Below, piece after piece: positions 11,706 to 24,331 of a stretch of 64,000 bases of DNA (position 1 is its first letter; each line of letters opens with the position of its first letter). Origin of the DNA: Mobula hypostoma. Taxonomy: Eukaryota. The DNA is taken from contig NC_086108.1 in the NCBI RefSeq assembly GCF_963921235.1, forward strand, positions 59,026,001 through 59,090,000. Reading direction: 5' to 3'. The translations under genes were made by a program, and so were the position numbers. The notes beneath the pieces are model-generated. The model had not been told where the DNA came from. It did no database searches and worked only from the letters and a program-made list of their open reading frames with translations.

Positions 11706-12869
11706 GCTGAAAATACATTTCTCTACAGTAAATTGAAAACAATATATAGTGAAATTAGAAATAATAAACAAAACATATTCAAAAAGTTACTTAAATAATC
11801 AAAGGTGCTACTTATATGCCAGGAGTGGTTGGCACAAAGCACAGAGCCGGATGACCCCAGACCCAATCAATCTGAAATTGGTGCTGTTCTGAAAGATGAG
11901 TCAGGCAATACTAACATCAACACCTGACCTCCAGCACCTTTCTGACCTTTGCACTGCAGCACACAGAAGCAGCAGTTAAAGACATGAACATTATAGATGG
12001 GCAGAGGCTAACTTGATCTATGCTTAATGAAAAGCCAAGCTTTTCTCAGTCTAGAAACCAACTGAAACCATAAGAGATTGTTATTAAAGATTTTTGTGAA
12101 GTAACAAATTGATTTTTAAAAAGTTTCTCCCTACTTTATGTTTCTGGCTCTATTTTCTTTCTCCGAATTAATTTTCTTCACTTTATGTGTGAGATTTATC
12201 AATAATTCAGCCAATTTCCATCCTTTTCTCCCACTAATATTTTTAATTGTTGATATCTCATTAGTTTGGAGTGTGGCCACAGGATCAGAGCCCAAGCCTA
12301 ATTTTAAATATATGAAAAAAAGGGGCCAGAACTGGTACTGAGCACCACAATTCCAGTTTATGCACTTTCCCTACCGTACACCAGACAAGTATCTCAGAAG
12401 TCTAACTTTCGGACACCAATTAAAATCAGATTCTTTCAAATGTTTATATTTTTCAGGAGTTTATTAGCTTGAGCTAAATTAAGTTGATATGTAGGAGGAT
12501 AAATTTAAGTTGCTTAAGATCAGTTAATTGCTTACATGTAAACAGAACCAGACTCCAGCATTAATTCAAAAAGGAAAGCTCACTGAGAAACACAGTGAAA
12601 AATTGCAGAATTATGTTATTTTCACATTTGACTAAAACTAGAAATAGAAGATATTCTCAAAGGATGAAGATCCGGAAATGAATGTGAGCATTTATGAGGG
12701 ATGCAAAATTGTCCAAGAACACACAAGCTTATTTGTCAAATTTATGCCATTTCACCATCATTTTATTCCAGTTCAGGATTAACAATGAAATCCTGCCGGG
12801 GCATTTTATGAATGCAGACAATAAAAAACTTTCTAAATTGGGGTATAGGATATCTGAGTCAAATTTTAT

Positions 12870-14372
12870 TTTAAGGGATACGTGAAAGCACACGATAAAA
12901 TAGGTTTAGGTCAGCATCATTTCTTTAAGGGGAAATCTAGTCTGACAAATCTGTTGGAATTCTTTCAGGAAATAACAGACAGGATAGACAAAGGAGAGTC
13001 ACTAGATGTTGTTTACTTGGATTCTCAGAAGGTCTTTCTCAAGGTGACACATATGAACTGCTAAATGATAGGACCCCATGGTAGTACAGAAGAGATACTA
13101 GCATGGCTGGCTGGTCGAAGGAAAAGAGTGGGAATAAAGGGGGACTTTTCTGGTTGGCTGCCAGTGACTAATGGAGATCCACAGGGGTTGATGTCGGGTC
13201 TGCTATTTTTCACGTTTTCTGTTAATGATCTGGATGATGGAATTGATGGTCTTATGGCCAAGCTTGTGGATGATACAAAAATAGTTGGAGGGCAAGTAGC
13301 ATTGAGGAAGTAGGGAGTCTGCCAACGGAATTTGATAGATTCGGAAAATGGACAAAGGAGTGGCAGGTGGAATGCAGTGCAGGGAAATGTGTGGCCATGA
13401 AGTTTGTTAGAAGGAATAAAGACAGATTTTCTAAGTGGAGAGTGAATTCAAAAATCAGAGGTGCAAAGCTTAACTTGCAGGCTGAGTTGGTAACAAGGAA
13501 GTCAAATACAATGTTTGTTCATTTTGAGAGGACTAGAAAATGAGCACAACAATGTGATGCTGAGGCTTTAAAAGGCATTGGTCAGATCGCACTTCACGTA
13601 CTGTGAGTCAGTTTTGGGGCTCCTACCTAAGAAAGGATGTGCTGGCATTGGAGAGGGTCCAAAGGGGATTTACGAGATTGGTCCTAGAAATGAAAAGGCT
13701 AACATGCAAGAAGTGTTTGATGGCTCTGGACCTGTATTTAGTGGAGTTCTGAAGAATGAAGGGATATCTCATTGAAACATTCTGAATATTGAAAGGCCTA
13801 GATAAAGTGGATGTGGAGAAAATGTTTCAGATTATGATCTCTAGGGAGGCTTTGCAATTACTTGCATGGTGGGGGTTGATGCTTTTGCTATTGTTTGTGC
13901 GTGGGAGGGGATGGGGAGGGACTTCGGGGTTCTAGAGTTTTTCTGTCGTTCATTCTTTGGGATTTTTCCTCAGTTTCATTTACATCTACGAAGAGTGAGG
14001 ATTTCAGGTTGCATACTGTGTACATTCTCTGTGTTATTAAATGGAACCATTGAACCATTGAAATAGTGGGAGATTCCAGGACCAGAGGACATGGCCCTAG
14101 AAGGAGATCTCTTTACAATGGAGATGAGGAGGAATTTATTTTCCCAGCGGGTGGTGAATCTGTAGAACATATTGCCACAGGTGCTAAGGAGGCCAAGTTA
14201 TTGGGTATATTTAAAATGGAGGTTGATAGGTTCTTGATTAGTAATGACATCGGTGTTTACAGGGAGAAGGCAGGAGTATGAGGTTGAGTGGGAATGTAAA
14301 TCAGATATGATTAAATAGCAGTGTAAACTTGATGGGCTGAATGGCCTAATTCTGCACCTGTCTTATGGTCTT
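12870..14372 (+). mobile_element. Degenerate CR1 LINE (RT to 3' tail) with a nested short element at about 13830-14062
   Basis: HDKIG..QH.F.KGKS.LTNLLEFF and LVDDTKIVGG motifs; tcttatggtct tail. The nested insert ends in (gaaccatt)2. Confidence 0.85.
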
Positions 14373-15360
14373 TATAATAACTGTTATTAAGAGAGCAGAG
14401 CCACAAATGAGATATTGCAAAGCATTTCAGTTGTTGTTGTGCTTATGGTAATTCAGACTCTCTTGATTGATAATAGGTGTCAGTATATTTTTACTCTAAT
14501 TTCCTGGTGCAATTGCATGAATAGGTAGGTGGATAAATAAAATGCTGTTGGTTAATACTTCTCTTGTGCTGAGTGCCTCCAGCATATAAAAGTTAAGCTG
14601 CATTTCATTTGGTAATGTAATATGATTCCATTATATACAGATATGATTTGGTTAATAATCAGTATTTTTCTGACTGAAGTTTGCCGGATAGTTTAAAATG
14701 TGGCAATTTAGACACATATATGAAACCTCAGAGCAAAGTGGCAATTTTAAGCTCAATTTCCATATGTGACTTCAATATTAAAAGGTTGAAGGTTTGTCCA
14801 ACACCCTCAGATAGGAGGGTATTTACGAGATGGCCTACACAATATCAGACAGGTGGCTCAGTGTGTGATTATATTAGCTACTAATTACTAATATTATCCA
14901 ATTCCTAGCAATACTCAACTAATTGCTGAAAGCAGGTTTGATTTTCAATTCAGCTAGGGCTGCAACTAACCAGATTATTCACTTAGGGCTATTCCATGAT
15001 GTAAGCGTTTCTTTTGATGCATTTATCTTCAGCAATACAATCAATATCTTGGACAGTTTATCATGTAACAAGGTGCATAATTGTCAATTTGTCTCTAAGT
15101 TAATGGACTGTCCTAAAGATACGCAGATGATTGATGGTCAAAGCTAAATTACTGAGAAATTATGCCCTGAGATGACATACTGCTACAAATTGAATTCGTA
15201 ATGGTGGTTGGACTGTTCACAATTCCCCAACATATGTGAAATGGCACCATTAAAGAGCAACCAACTATGCATTCTCCACTGGCAGCTAACTCTTGTAAAT
15301 ATTATAGAAAAGACGAAAAGATTTAGGTTGCAGCAGCAATAAAATAACAAGGGATGTCTT

Positions 15361-15495
15361 AAACACAAAATACTCTGCAGATACAGGGGTCAAAGCAAAA
15401 CTCACAACACGCTGGAGGAACTCAGCAGGTCGGGCAGCATCTGTGGAAACGATCAGTCAACGTTTCAGGCCGGATCCCTTCATCAGGACTGAAGA
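15361..15495 (-). mobile_element. Penelope terminal-repeat unit
   Basis: ctgcagat...acgctggaggaactcagcaggtcgggcagcatc family motif ending in the hammerhead. Confidence 0.75.
15453..15492 (-). ncRNA. Minimal type I hammerhead ribozyme motif, best-preserved stem I
   Basis: Minus strand tcagtc-CTGATGA-agggatccggcct-GAAA-cGTT-gactga: perfect 6-bp stem I and an intact core. Confidence 0.75.
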
Positions 15496-15542
15496 AGTCT
15501 CCAGCCACTTGGTATGAACATAGAATTCTCCAACTTCCAGTA

Positions 15543-18500
15543 ATTTTTATGTGAAAGTTTTTAGAGGCTTTTGTGTTTAGGTTTTGGGGTTCATTAGAAT
15601 ATGTTATGGGTTTCATTAAACATAAAACACCTTACTTTGTTTTATTTGCAAAAACCTACATTGGTTACCCTAATACTCTAGGATGATTCCAGAGTTACTG
15701 AACATGTCAGGCGATGCAGTTGTGTTGAAACTGCCAGAGTTTTGGGAGCAAAATACCATCGCTTGGCTTGTACAAGCTGAGGCACAATTCACGCTGCGAG
15801 AAATCTCCGCTGATAACACCAAATATTTCTATGTGCTAACATTGCACAGAAACTCCATGCTACAAGAGTGGAGAGTCTACTAGAACACCCACCTGAACAT
15901 GATAAATACCGATCACTGAAAACTCACCTCTCACAGACTTTTAGACTATCGGATTCTCACAGACTTTTGGACTATCGGATTCTGAGCATGCCAAACAGTT
16001 GCTGTCCATGCTCGGCCTTGGCACTGGTAAACCTTCAGAGCTAATGCACCACATGTTGTCTCTCCTGGGAAATCACCATCCTTGTTTTATCTTTAAAGAA
16101 CTTTTCATGCACCAAATGCCTGATGATGTTTGCATAGCCTCGCTAATGCATCTGTGAAGGACTATAAGGAGCCTGCTAAAATGGTTGATAGTCTACAGTC
16201 AGCTAGCCTGTTGTGCATAATTCCTCCTCCTTTCTCTGCCTTAATAAGCCCAGTCAGCAAGGCCCCCAGCATGTGGACGCCTGAAGCTGTGAAATTGACA
16301 ATGCCAGGTCTGAGTTTTTACCATGCTTGCTTTGGTAGGAACACTTGGAAGTGCCGACAGCCTTTCAGCTTTGACAGTACCTGTGCATCAGGATATCAGA
16401 GGTCTGTGATCACCATGAGCTCCAGCTGTCAGGGTCATCTACTGCTCATTATGAACACCCTTTCAGGGAGATGCTTCCTGTGTGACACGGGTGCTCAGAT
16501 GAGTGTGCTGCCAGCATAGCCTATTAATGAGAAGGCAAAGTGAGACAAACCTTGCTGGAGGCCACCAACAGCAGCAGAATCATGACAGAAGATGCTCTGC
16601 TTCTGTAGGTAATGTTACACATGGGACCATCCTAGCTAAAGAGGCTACACCTCTGCTTGGTGCAGATTTCCTGTGTGCCCAAGGACTGTTAGTTGATCGT
16701 AAGAACTGTCAGCTTGTGGATGTCAAGGACTTAGGGTCCCTCAGTAGGTTCCCCACAATGCCTCTGTCTAGCACAGGCACCACCTCATCAAGTGCACATT
16801 CTCTACTATAGTCACAAATCATGGGGTTGAGCACCGCATTCACACAACTGGCCTGACAGATCATGCCCGTGCACCTAGACTGGACCCAGAAAAGCTAGCA
16901 AATGTGCAGGCTGAACTTGCCAGTATGGAAAGGCTTGGCATTGTACGGTCATCGAATAGTCTCTGGGCTTCACTCCTCCATATGGTCTCTAAGTCCAATG
17001 CTGGTTGCTGCCGATGTGGGTAGTACTGATGCCTTATTGAGGCCACCACCCCTGACTGCGACCCAGGACCACACATCCAAGAGTCTTGGGCACGTTTAGT
17101 CAGAAAATTATTTTTTTCGAAGTCGATCTAGTTAGGGGCTACCATCAGGTGTCTTGTGCTCTGACGATATTCCCAAAATGGCTGTGGTAACCCCACTTGG
17201 CCTCTTTGAGTTTGTGCGCATGCCATTTGGGCTGAAAAATGCAGCACACACTTTCCAATAGCTGATGGATGCTACATTAAAAAACTTACATGTTTTCTCT
17301 GTTTACCTCAATGACATACTTGTTGCCAGTGCATCCAAATCCAAACACTTATCTAATCTCCACACACTTTTCCAGCACATAAGCCAACACAGGTTGATTA
17401 TTAACCCTGCTAAATGCCAGTTTGGGTTGTGGACCATTGACTTTCTCGGCCATCACATCTTCCACAAAAGACCCCATAGTCAATACAATAGATACCTCTG
17501 ACTATACTGTGGGTGCTGTGCAAAAACAATTGGCTGGAGGTGAGTGATAACCTTCTTCAGCTAGCAGCTTCGACCTTTTGAAAGGAAGTATATCATGTTT
17601 GACCATGAGCTTCTCAGTCTCTGTCTAGTTGTCCACCATTTTGGTTATCTTCTAGAGGGTTGCCAGTTCACAGCATTTGTTGACCACAAACTCCTTGTGT
17701 CTGCAGTGGCCAAAATATCAGACGCTTGGTCTGCATGGCAGCAACGTCACCTAGCCTACATATCCAAGTTCACAACTGATATTAAACATTTCAGGGGAAA
17801 AATAATGCTGTGGCTGATTGCCTTTCATGGCCAACGGTTGAGACTCTACACATAGGGATTGACTATACCGGAATGGCAACCAACCAAGTTACTGCCCCAG
17901 TTACGGCTTACTGAACAGCAGTCACAGGCCTGCGGTTGGTTGACATTAAGTTTGGGGAAGCTAGGGTTTCTCTCCCCTGCCATATTTCAACCAATCACCC
18001 TCACCCCATCATCACACCCACAAACTGCAACGGATTGGTTTCAATTCCATACATGGCCTCTCACATCTGGGCCGGAAGGCCTCACAGAAACTGGTTGAAC
18101 TAAAGTTTGTTTGGCATGGTCTCAGAAAGGACGTGGGTGATTGGACTGCAGCCTGTGTGGAGTGCCAGTTGGCAAAAATTAGCCTTCATGTTCAGGCACA
18201 ATTAGCACCTTTGAGGTCCCAGAGAGATGGTTTGAACATGTCAATGTGGATCTTGTTGGTCCTCTTACCCCCTCCTATGGTTTCACGCACCTTCTTACTA
18301 TGGTGTACCACCAGGTGGCCAGAGGTCATCCCTCTAGCATTGACAATGGCCACAGATGTGGCTTGGGCATTCATCAGCACCTGGATTGCTCAGGTTGACG
18401 TCCCATCTTGTATTTCCTCTGAACATGTCCCCAATTCATTTCAGACCTCTGGGCTGCAATGGCCCAGAACCTAAGCGTTGGGCTACCTCACAGCATGGCA

Positions 18501-19405
18501 TATCACCCGTAGATCAATGGCCTATTTAAGTGGTTTCACTGCTCCTTAAAGGCTGCTCTGAGGCCTTCCCTGATGGATGAATGTTGGTATGATCATCTCC
18601 CGTGGGTCCTGCTGGGATTCAGAACAACTCCAAAAGAGAACCTGCAGTTGTTCATGGCAGAGTTGGTCTACATGCAGCCTTTACAAGTGCCAGGAGATTT
18701 CATTCCTGATGCCATAACCGCCTGATCGGCCTCTCAATAGCGTTTCACCCTCCTCATTAAATTCAATTCCTTTTCACCTGTTCCTACATCCCATCATGCC
18801 ATACAGCACCCTTGGGTTCCTGTTAACCTACATTCCACCTCGTTTGTTTTTCTCCACCATGATACACACCAACAAATCCTTAGGCCCTCTCACGATGACC
18901 TGTTCATGTTTTGGAACAGGGAGAAAAGAAACTTATCATAGATTAGAAGGGTAAACCTAAATGTATTTCAGTAGATCGTCTTAAACCGGCCCACCAAGAT
19001 TTGGAGTATTCCACTGCCATGTTGCTGGTGTCACAACATGACCATGAGCCTGTGAATGTAGCTCTGGACGAGCCAGAGGTATCTGTTGTTCCTCCATCCA
19101 CGGAACACAGGATCCAAGCTGAGCGGCTTGTTCAAGCTTTGGATAGGCTCACAATGACAGTTTTAGGGAATTCTGGAGGTGGGGGGCAGGGAGCTTAGGT
19201 TGGATAATGGAATTGGGTGAAATGTACATAATTCACAACCACCAAAACCGAGTTTCACTTGAAGAGGCTGGTCTGATGTGATGATGTTTTTACATAAAGA
19301 TTTTTAGCATGCTTTTGTGTTTAGGTTTTGGAGTTCGATAAAATGTGTTATTGGTTTCATTAAACATAAAGCCACCTCACTTCATTATATTTTCGAAACC
19401 CTAAA
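15543..19405 (+). mobile_element. Decayed Ty3/Gypsy LTR retrotransposon (gag-PR-RT-RH-IN)
   Basis: Gag AVVLKLPEFWEQNTIAWLVQAEAQF; protease FLCDTGAQMSVLP; RT VYLNDILVAS; RNase H FDHELL...FVDHKLL; integrase CVEC and TTRWPEVIPL. LTR copies at about 15543-15660 and about 19195-19405 share gcttttgtgtttaggttttgg..ggtttcattaaacataaa. PBS-like TTGGTTACCC at 15661 and a purine tract at about 19165-19192. Many frameshifts, including a 26-bp tandem duplication at about 15930-15981. Confidence 0.9.
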
Positions 19406-19419
19406 GTTCCCTTTACTCT

Positions 19420-19590
19420 ACCTGTCAATACCATCACAGTCTCTATAAGAAGACTATGTACCAAGGACGTCAATCCAGGTGTTCTCAAACCGGAAACCAT
19501 CGATGAACCAGGAGATACATTCCCTACTGACATCTAGGTCTGCAGTAGTAAAATTAAGTGACCCTGATATTTACAAGAAATCAAGATATG
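19420..19590 (+). mobile_element. Rex1/Babar-like LINE fragment
   Basis: FSNRKPSMNQEIHSLL.SR.A.....D...YKKSRYEL resembles the Rex1 tether (FPNQKPWMN) region. Confidence 0.5.
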
Positions 19591-20460
19591 AGTTGGGCCT
19601 CAATCGTGATAGGAGAAAAGTCCACAGAATGACATGTAGGTATGGGAATGGGGAGTCGAATTGAAATGGATAGCTACTGTGAGATGCTGGTGTACAAAAC
19701 GAAGGTGCTTGACAAAATGATCCACTAATTTGCATCAGTTCTCATTGAGGAAGCTGGCCCTGGAGCACTGCATACAATAAATGACCCCAACAGACTCACA
19801 GATGAAACAACGCCTTACCTGGAAGGACTGTTTGGGCCCCTGAAGGGTGATGAGAGAAGAGGTGTAATGGCAGGTGTAGCACTTGTGACACTTGTGGGAA
19901 AAAGTGTCAGGAGGGAGATCAGTGAGGAGGGACGAATGGATAAGGGAGGCAGGATACCTTATATTCCATCTGGGTAGCTTCAAACGTGATAACATAAGCA
20001 TCAATTTTCTAACTTCTAATAATCACTGCCCTCTATTCCTGCCTCTCCCCCCCTTCTCCCTTTCTCCATTTCTCATTCTGATTAACCTCTCACCTGCCCT
20101 TATGACCTACTGATCACCTCCCTCTGATTTCCCATCTTTTACCCTTTCTTCCATAGTCCATTGTCCTCTCCTATTAAATTCCTTCTTATTCAGTTCTTTA
20201 CCTATTCCACCAATCACCTCCCAGCTTTTCATATTATCACCCTTCCCCCACCCTCACCTGGTCTCTCACATCCTCTGCCAGCTTGTACTCCATCCCCACC
20301 CCCACCATATTATTCTGGCCTCTGCTCCTTTCCTTCCCAGAAAGGTCTCTGCCTGAAACATCAACTGATCATTTCACTCCGTAGATTCTGCCTGACCTGT
20401 CTTCTTTCAACATTTTGTATGTGCTGCTCAAGAATTCTAGCATCAGCAGAATCTCTTGTG
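19590..20460. mobile_element. Penelope fragment with inverted 5' part (minus GIY-YIG about 19590-19950, plus 3' end about 19950-20460)
   Basis: Minus LQGPKQSFQVRRCFICESVGVIYCMQCSR; plus-strand pyrimidine UTR and decayed terminal repeat. Confidence 0.75.
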
Positions 20461-20624
20461 CGCATAAACAAAGACATAGGAACATAAGGAGTAAGAGCAG
20501 GAGTAGGCCATCTGGCCCATCGAGCCTGCTCCGTCATTCAATAAGATCATGGTTGATCTGATCATGGACTCGTGTCCATCTACCTGCCTTTTCCCCAGAA
20601 CACTTAATTCCCCACTCACCCCAG

Positions 20625-20975
20625 ATATTCTCTCTTCAACACATGTATTAAGCATAAGACACAAAAGCCAGAAAGCTCATACCACCTGGTTCAAGGATAG
20701 CTTCAACCCTGCTGTTACAAGAATACTACCTGGCTCTTTAATGCAATAACAATAAGATGGACTCTCGGCTTAATAATCTACTCATTAAGATCCTGTGCCT
20801 TGTTTATTTGCACTGTACTTTCTCTGTAGCTGTTATGGTTTGTTCTGCATTGCTATTTTTTTTTACCTTGTTCTACCTCAGTGCACTGTGTAATGATTTG
20901 ATCTGTAGGAATAGAATGCAAGGCAAGCTTTTCACCGTATCTTGGTATATGTGAGGAAAATAAACCAATTCCAAC
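20625..20975 (+). mobile_element. LINE/SINE 3' tail (Rex1-like)
   Basis: accacctggttcaaggatagcttcaaccctgctgtt (TT.FKDSF.P) followed by a UTR and aataaaccaattccaa tail. Confidence 0.45.
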
Positions 20976-21648
20976 TCCTTTCCCATCTCTCTACAACTGA
21001 AAACTTCCTTCTGCTTTCCCTACAAGAACATTCAATCATCTGGAAGAACTCAGAGCTTAAGAGGCATCTGTGGGTAATTGACAATATTTGGAATTGAAAT
21101 CCTGCATCAAGCTTCACTTTATTCACCCCCTCTTCCCCAGTTCCAATGAAGAGTCTTGGAACTGAAACATTTCCACAGACACAGCTTGATGCTGACTGTT
21201 TTCAGCATTTTATGTTTTAATTTCCCTTTCACAGCTTCTGTTTTTTTAAATTTTCATTTCCTGTAAATTCTCTGTTGCGTCTAACTTCTTGTCTGTACAG
21301 CTGGGAATAGAATTAAGCTGAAAATAACACACATGCAGCATTATACAGAAAATACAGGATCTCGAAAAGACCCATCTAGTAACTAATATTGTCATGGTAA
21401 CTCCATTCCCAAATTTATTCATGAAGGCCACTCTGGGAAAGATATTTTAATTCCAAGATCTGTGAGCTGAAGTTTAATTGTCGTGTAGTAGAGCTATCAA
21501 TCAACGTGCAATCAGCCATAAGTGGTCAAACATTGTTTCAAAATCTGGGAAAAAATGACTGCACTGCCACTGTGCTCTGATTTATGTATAGCAAATACTA
21601 CAGTCATATGTGAGAGGGAGCAACCATTTGCAGAAGGGTTTAAAATAA

Positions 21649-21881
21649 AGCAGCACACACTAAATGCTGGAAGAACTCAGCACGCCAGGCAGCATCAATG
21701 AAAAGAGTATAGTCAACATTTTGGGCTGAGATCCTGCATCAGCAGTACTGTTGAAGGGTCTCGGTCTGAAACGTCAACTGTACTCATTTCCATAGATGCT
21801 GCTTGGACTGCTGAGTTCTTCAAGCATTTTGTGTGTGTATGCTTGGATTTCCAGCATCTGCAGATTTTCTCTTGTTTGTGG
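21649..21881. mobile_element. Fold-back Penelope terminal-repeat dyad with TSD
   Basis: About 92-bp inverted arms around the palindrome CAGTACTG (21743-21750). TSD agggtttaaa(a/t)taa at 21635-21648 and 21882-21895. Confidence 0.85.
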
Positions 21882-22127
21882 AGGGTTTAAATTAATTTGG
21901 TATGCCCATAGATAATATTTGATTTAGATAATACATACTCTTTTATTTTTCATGTTACTTTTATTTCAGATTTTCCTGAAGGCAGATGTGGAGACGACCA
22001 AGGAAGGATAATGTAGTTTGGAGAGTCCTTGCTTTCTGAATGCCAAAGAATTAGCTCTAATAAAGTCTGTAGCAACAGTAGATGCAACATTCTAAGATAC
22101 ATAAATCATGCTTACCATGGTAAAGTA

Positions 22128-23830
22128 CATATCATTGACAGTGTTGTGAAACCACTGACTCATATTTGTAATCAGTCTTTGATTGCTGGAGAATTTCCCA
22201 ATAAAATGAAAATAACCGAGGTCATTCCAATATACAAAGCTGGAGATAAACATGTATTTTCAAATTATAGACCAGTTTCTTTGCTCTCACAATTTTCCAA
22301 AATATTGGAAAAATATTTGTTAGAAGGTTAAATGATTGCATAACAAAACATAATATACTCTGTGAACAGCAATATGATTTCAGAAAAAACAGAACCACTA
22401 CAATAACATTAACAGATTTTGTAGAAGAAATATCAAACTCTATGGAAAGAAATGAATACACAGTGGGAATATTCCTTGATCTTAAAAAAGCATTTGACAC
22501 CATTGACCATAAATTATTATTAAGAAAATTAGAAAGATATGGTATTAGAAGGGTGGCACATGACTGGTTAAGTAGTTATTTGGAAGACAGGTATCAGTAT
22601 GTACATATAAACAACTCGAATTCAAAAATTTTGAGGGTAACTTGTGGGGTTCCACAAGGTTCAGTGCTTGGTCCATTGCTGTTCATTTTGTATATAAACG
22701 ATATCTGTATGGTTTCTCAGATATTAAAATGTATATTATTTGCTGATGACACAACTATATTTTGTAGTGGGGAACATCTGAAACAACTTTTGGATACAGT
22801 GGAGAAAGAACTAAAAATTGTAAAGAAATGGTTTGATACTAACAAATTATCACTGAATCTAAGTAAACCTAAATTCATATTATTTGGAAACGGTGTACCA
22901 AACTCACATAGTAAACTTAGAATAAATGATGTTGAAATTGATAAGGTATCTGAAACAAAATTTTTAGGAGTGTAATAGATAATAAATTAAGCTGGAAACC
23001 ATATATAAATTATGTCAAAGCAAAAATGTCAAAATCTATTGCAATACTGTACAAAGTGCAAGATTTCTTAAATCAGGAATCTTAGTATACATTATTCTGT
23101 TCACTTATAGTCCCATTCATGGCTTACTGTGTAGATGTATGGGGAAATACATACAAAACAAATACAAACTCAATTTTTCTACTCCAAAAGGAAGTCATAC
23201 GAATTGTAAATAAGACAAGTTATTATGAGCCAACCAATCCACTATTTATTTAACTAAACACTTTAAAATCCAGAGATTTCGTAGATTTTAAAATAATACA
23301 AATTATGTATAAAGTAAAAAATGGACAGCTACTATAAAGTATTTAAATGTTGTTTAAAATGAGAGAAAGTCAACATGATTTGAGAGGAATATGTATATTT
23401 CAGAAACAGAGGATAAAAACAAATGTAAAAAATCATTGTATTTCAGTCAGGGGGTGAATCTATGGAACAGTTGTAGTGAGAATTTAAAAACATGCACCAC
23501 ACTTAACAAGTTAAAAACATTATTTAAAAATAATTGAATGAACAAATATAAAATATATGATTTTAAATGAATGGGAGTAATGTAAATAAATGACACTTGA
23601 AAGTGGATTTTGTGCTGAAAGATTATGAAATTTTTTGTTTTGATGTGATGATTGACACCAAATATGTTGTTGTATAAGTAAGAGGGGTAGGCGTAATAAG
23701 CTGTAGCTTCAGCCTACACCCTTTCGGTCTGTTTTAAAGAATATCTATTTTTTTGTTGTAATTTTGTCCTATGAAATCATTGTTGAAAATGATGCTTTTT
23801 GACCGAAATAAATTTCATTCATTCATTCAT
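22128..23830 (+). mobile_element. 5'-truncated L2/Crack-type LINE, comparatively young
   Basis: RT motifs NYRPVSLL, GIFLDLKKAFDTIDH, GVPQGSVLGPLLFILYIND, LFADDT; few disablements; AT-rich; 3' stem-loop; aataaa followed by an (ATTC)n tail at about 23816-23830. Confidence 0.9.
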
Positions 23831-24232
23831 ATGAAACAACACTAAATGTAAGTGGATTCTAAAATAGTAAAATATTTAAGAATGGAAATTATGCAAAACC
23901 AAATCGTGATGGAATGATTCCTTACCTAAGAAAGAGATTGAACTTGAATTACCCTACAGACGACTCCATCTCTCTCACTCTGATTTTCTCTCTCATGTTC
24001 ACTTGCTGCCTAAACCAATTACCCTGTTCCAGTTAGGCTCAGTGTAGCGTCCATTATTCCACTCTGTGTTGCTGTTCACAAAGTGCCATGATATAGCTGT
24101 CAGCAATGTATCCATCCTTTACTCAAGATAGTCACTGTAGTTAGAAGAAGGTTGACTGATGCAACAATGTTTTAAAAGCTATATCACATGGTATACAGTT
24201 CCTAAAGGTAAATACACATTCATGTATACTGC

Positions 24233-24331
24233 CTGGGACCTGCCTTGATGAAGGATCTCAGCCCAAAACGTTAACTGCTTATTCCTTTCCATAGATGCTG
24301 CCTGACCTGCTGAGTTCCTTCAGCACTTTCC
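24233..24331 (+). mobile_element. Solo Penelope terminal-repeat unit with decayed hammerhead and TSD
   Basis: ttgatgaaggatctcagcccaaaacgttaactg. TSD ttcat(g/c)tatactgc at 24219-24232 and 24332-24345. Confidence 0.7.
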
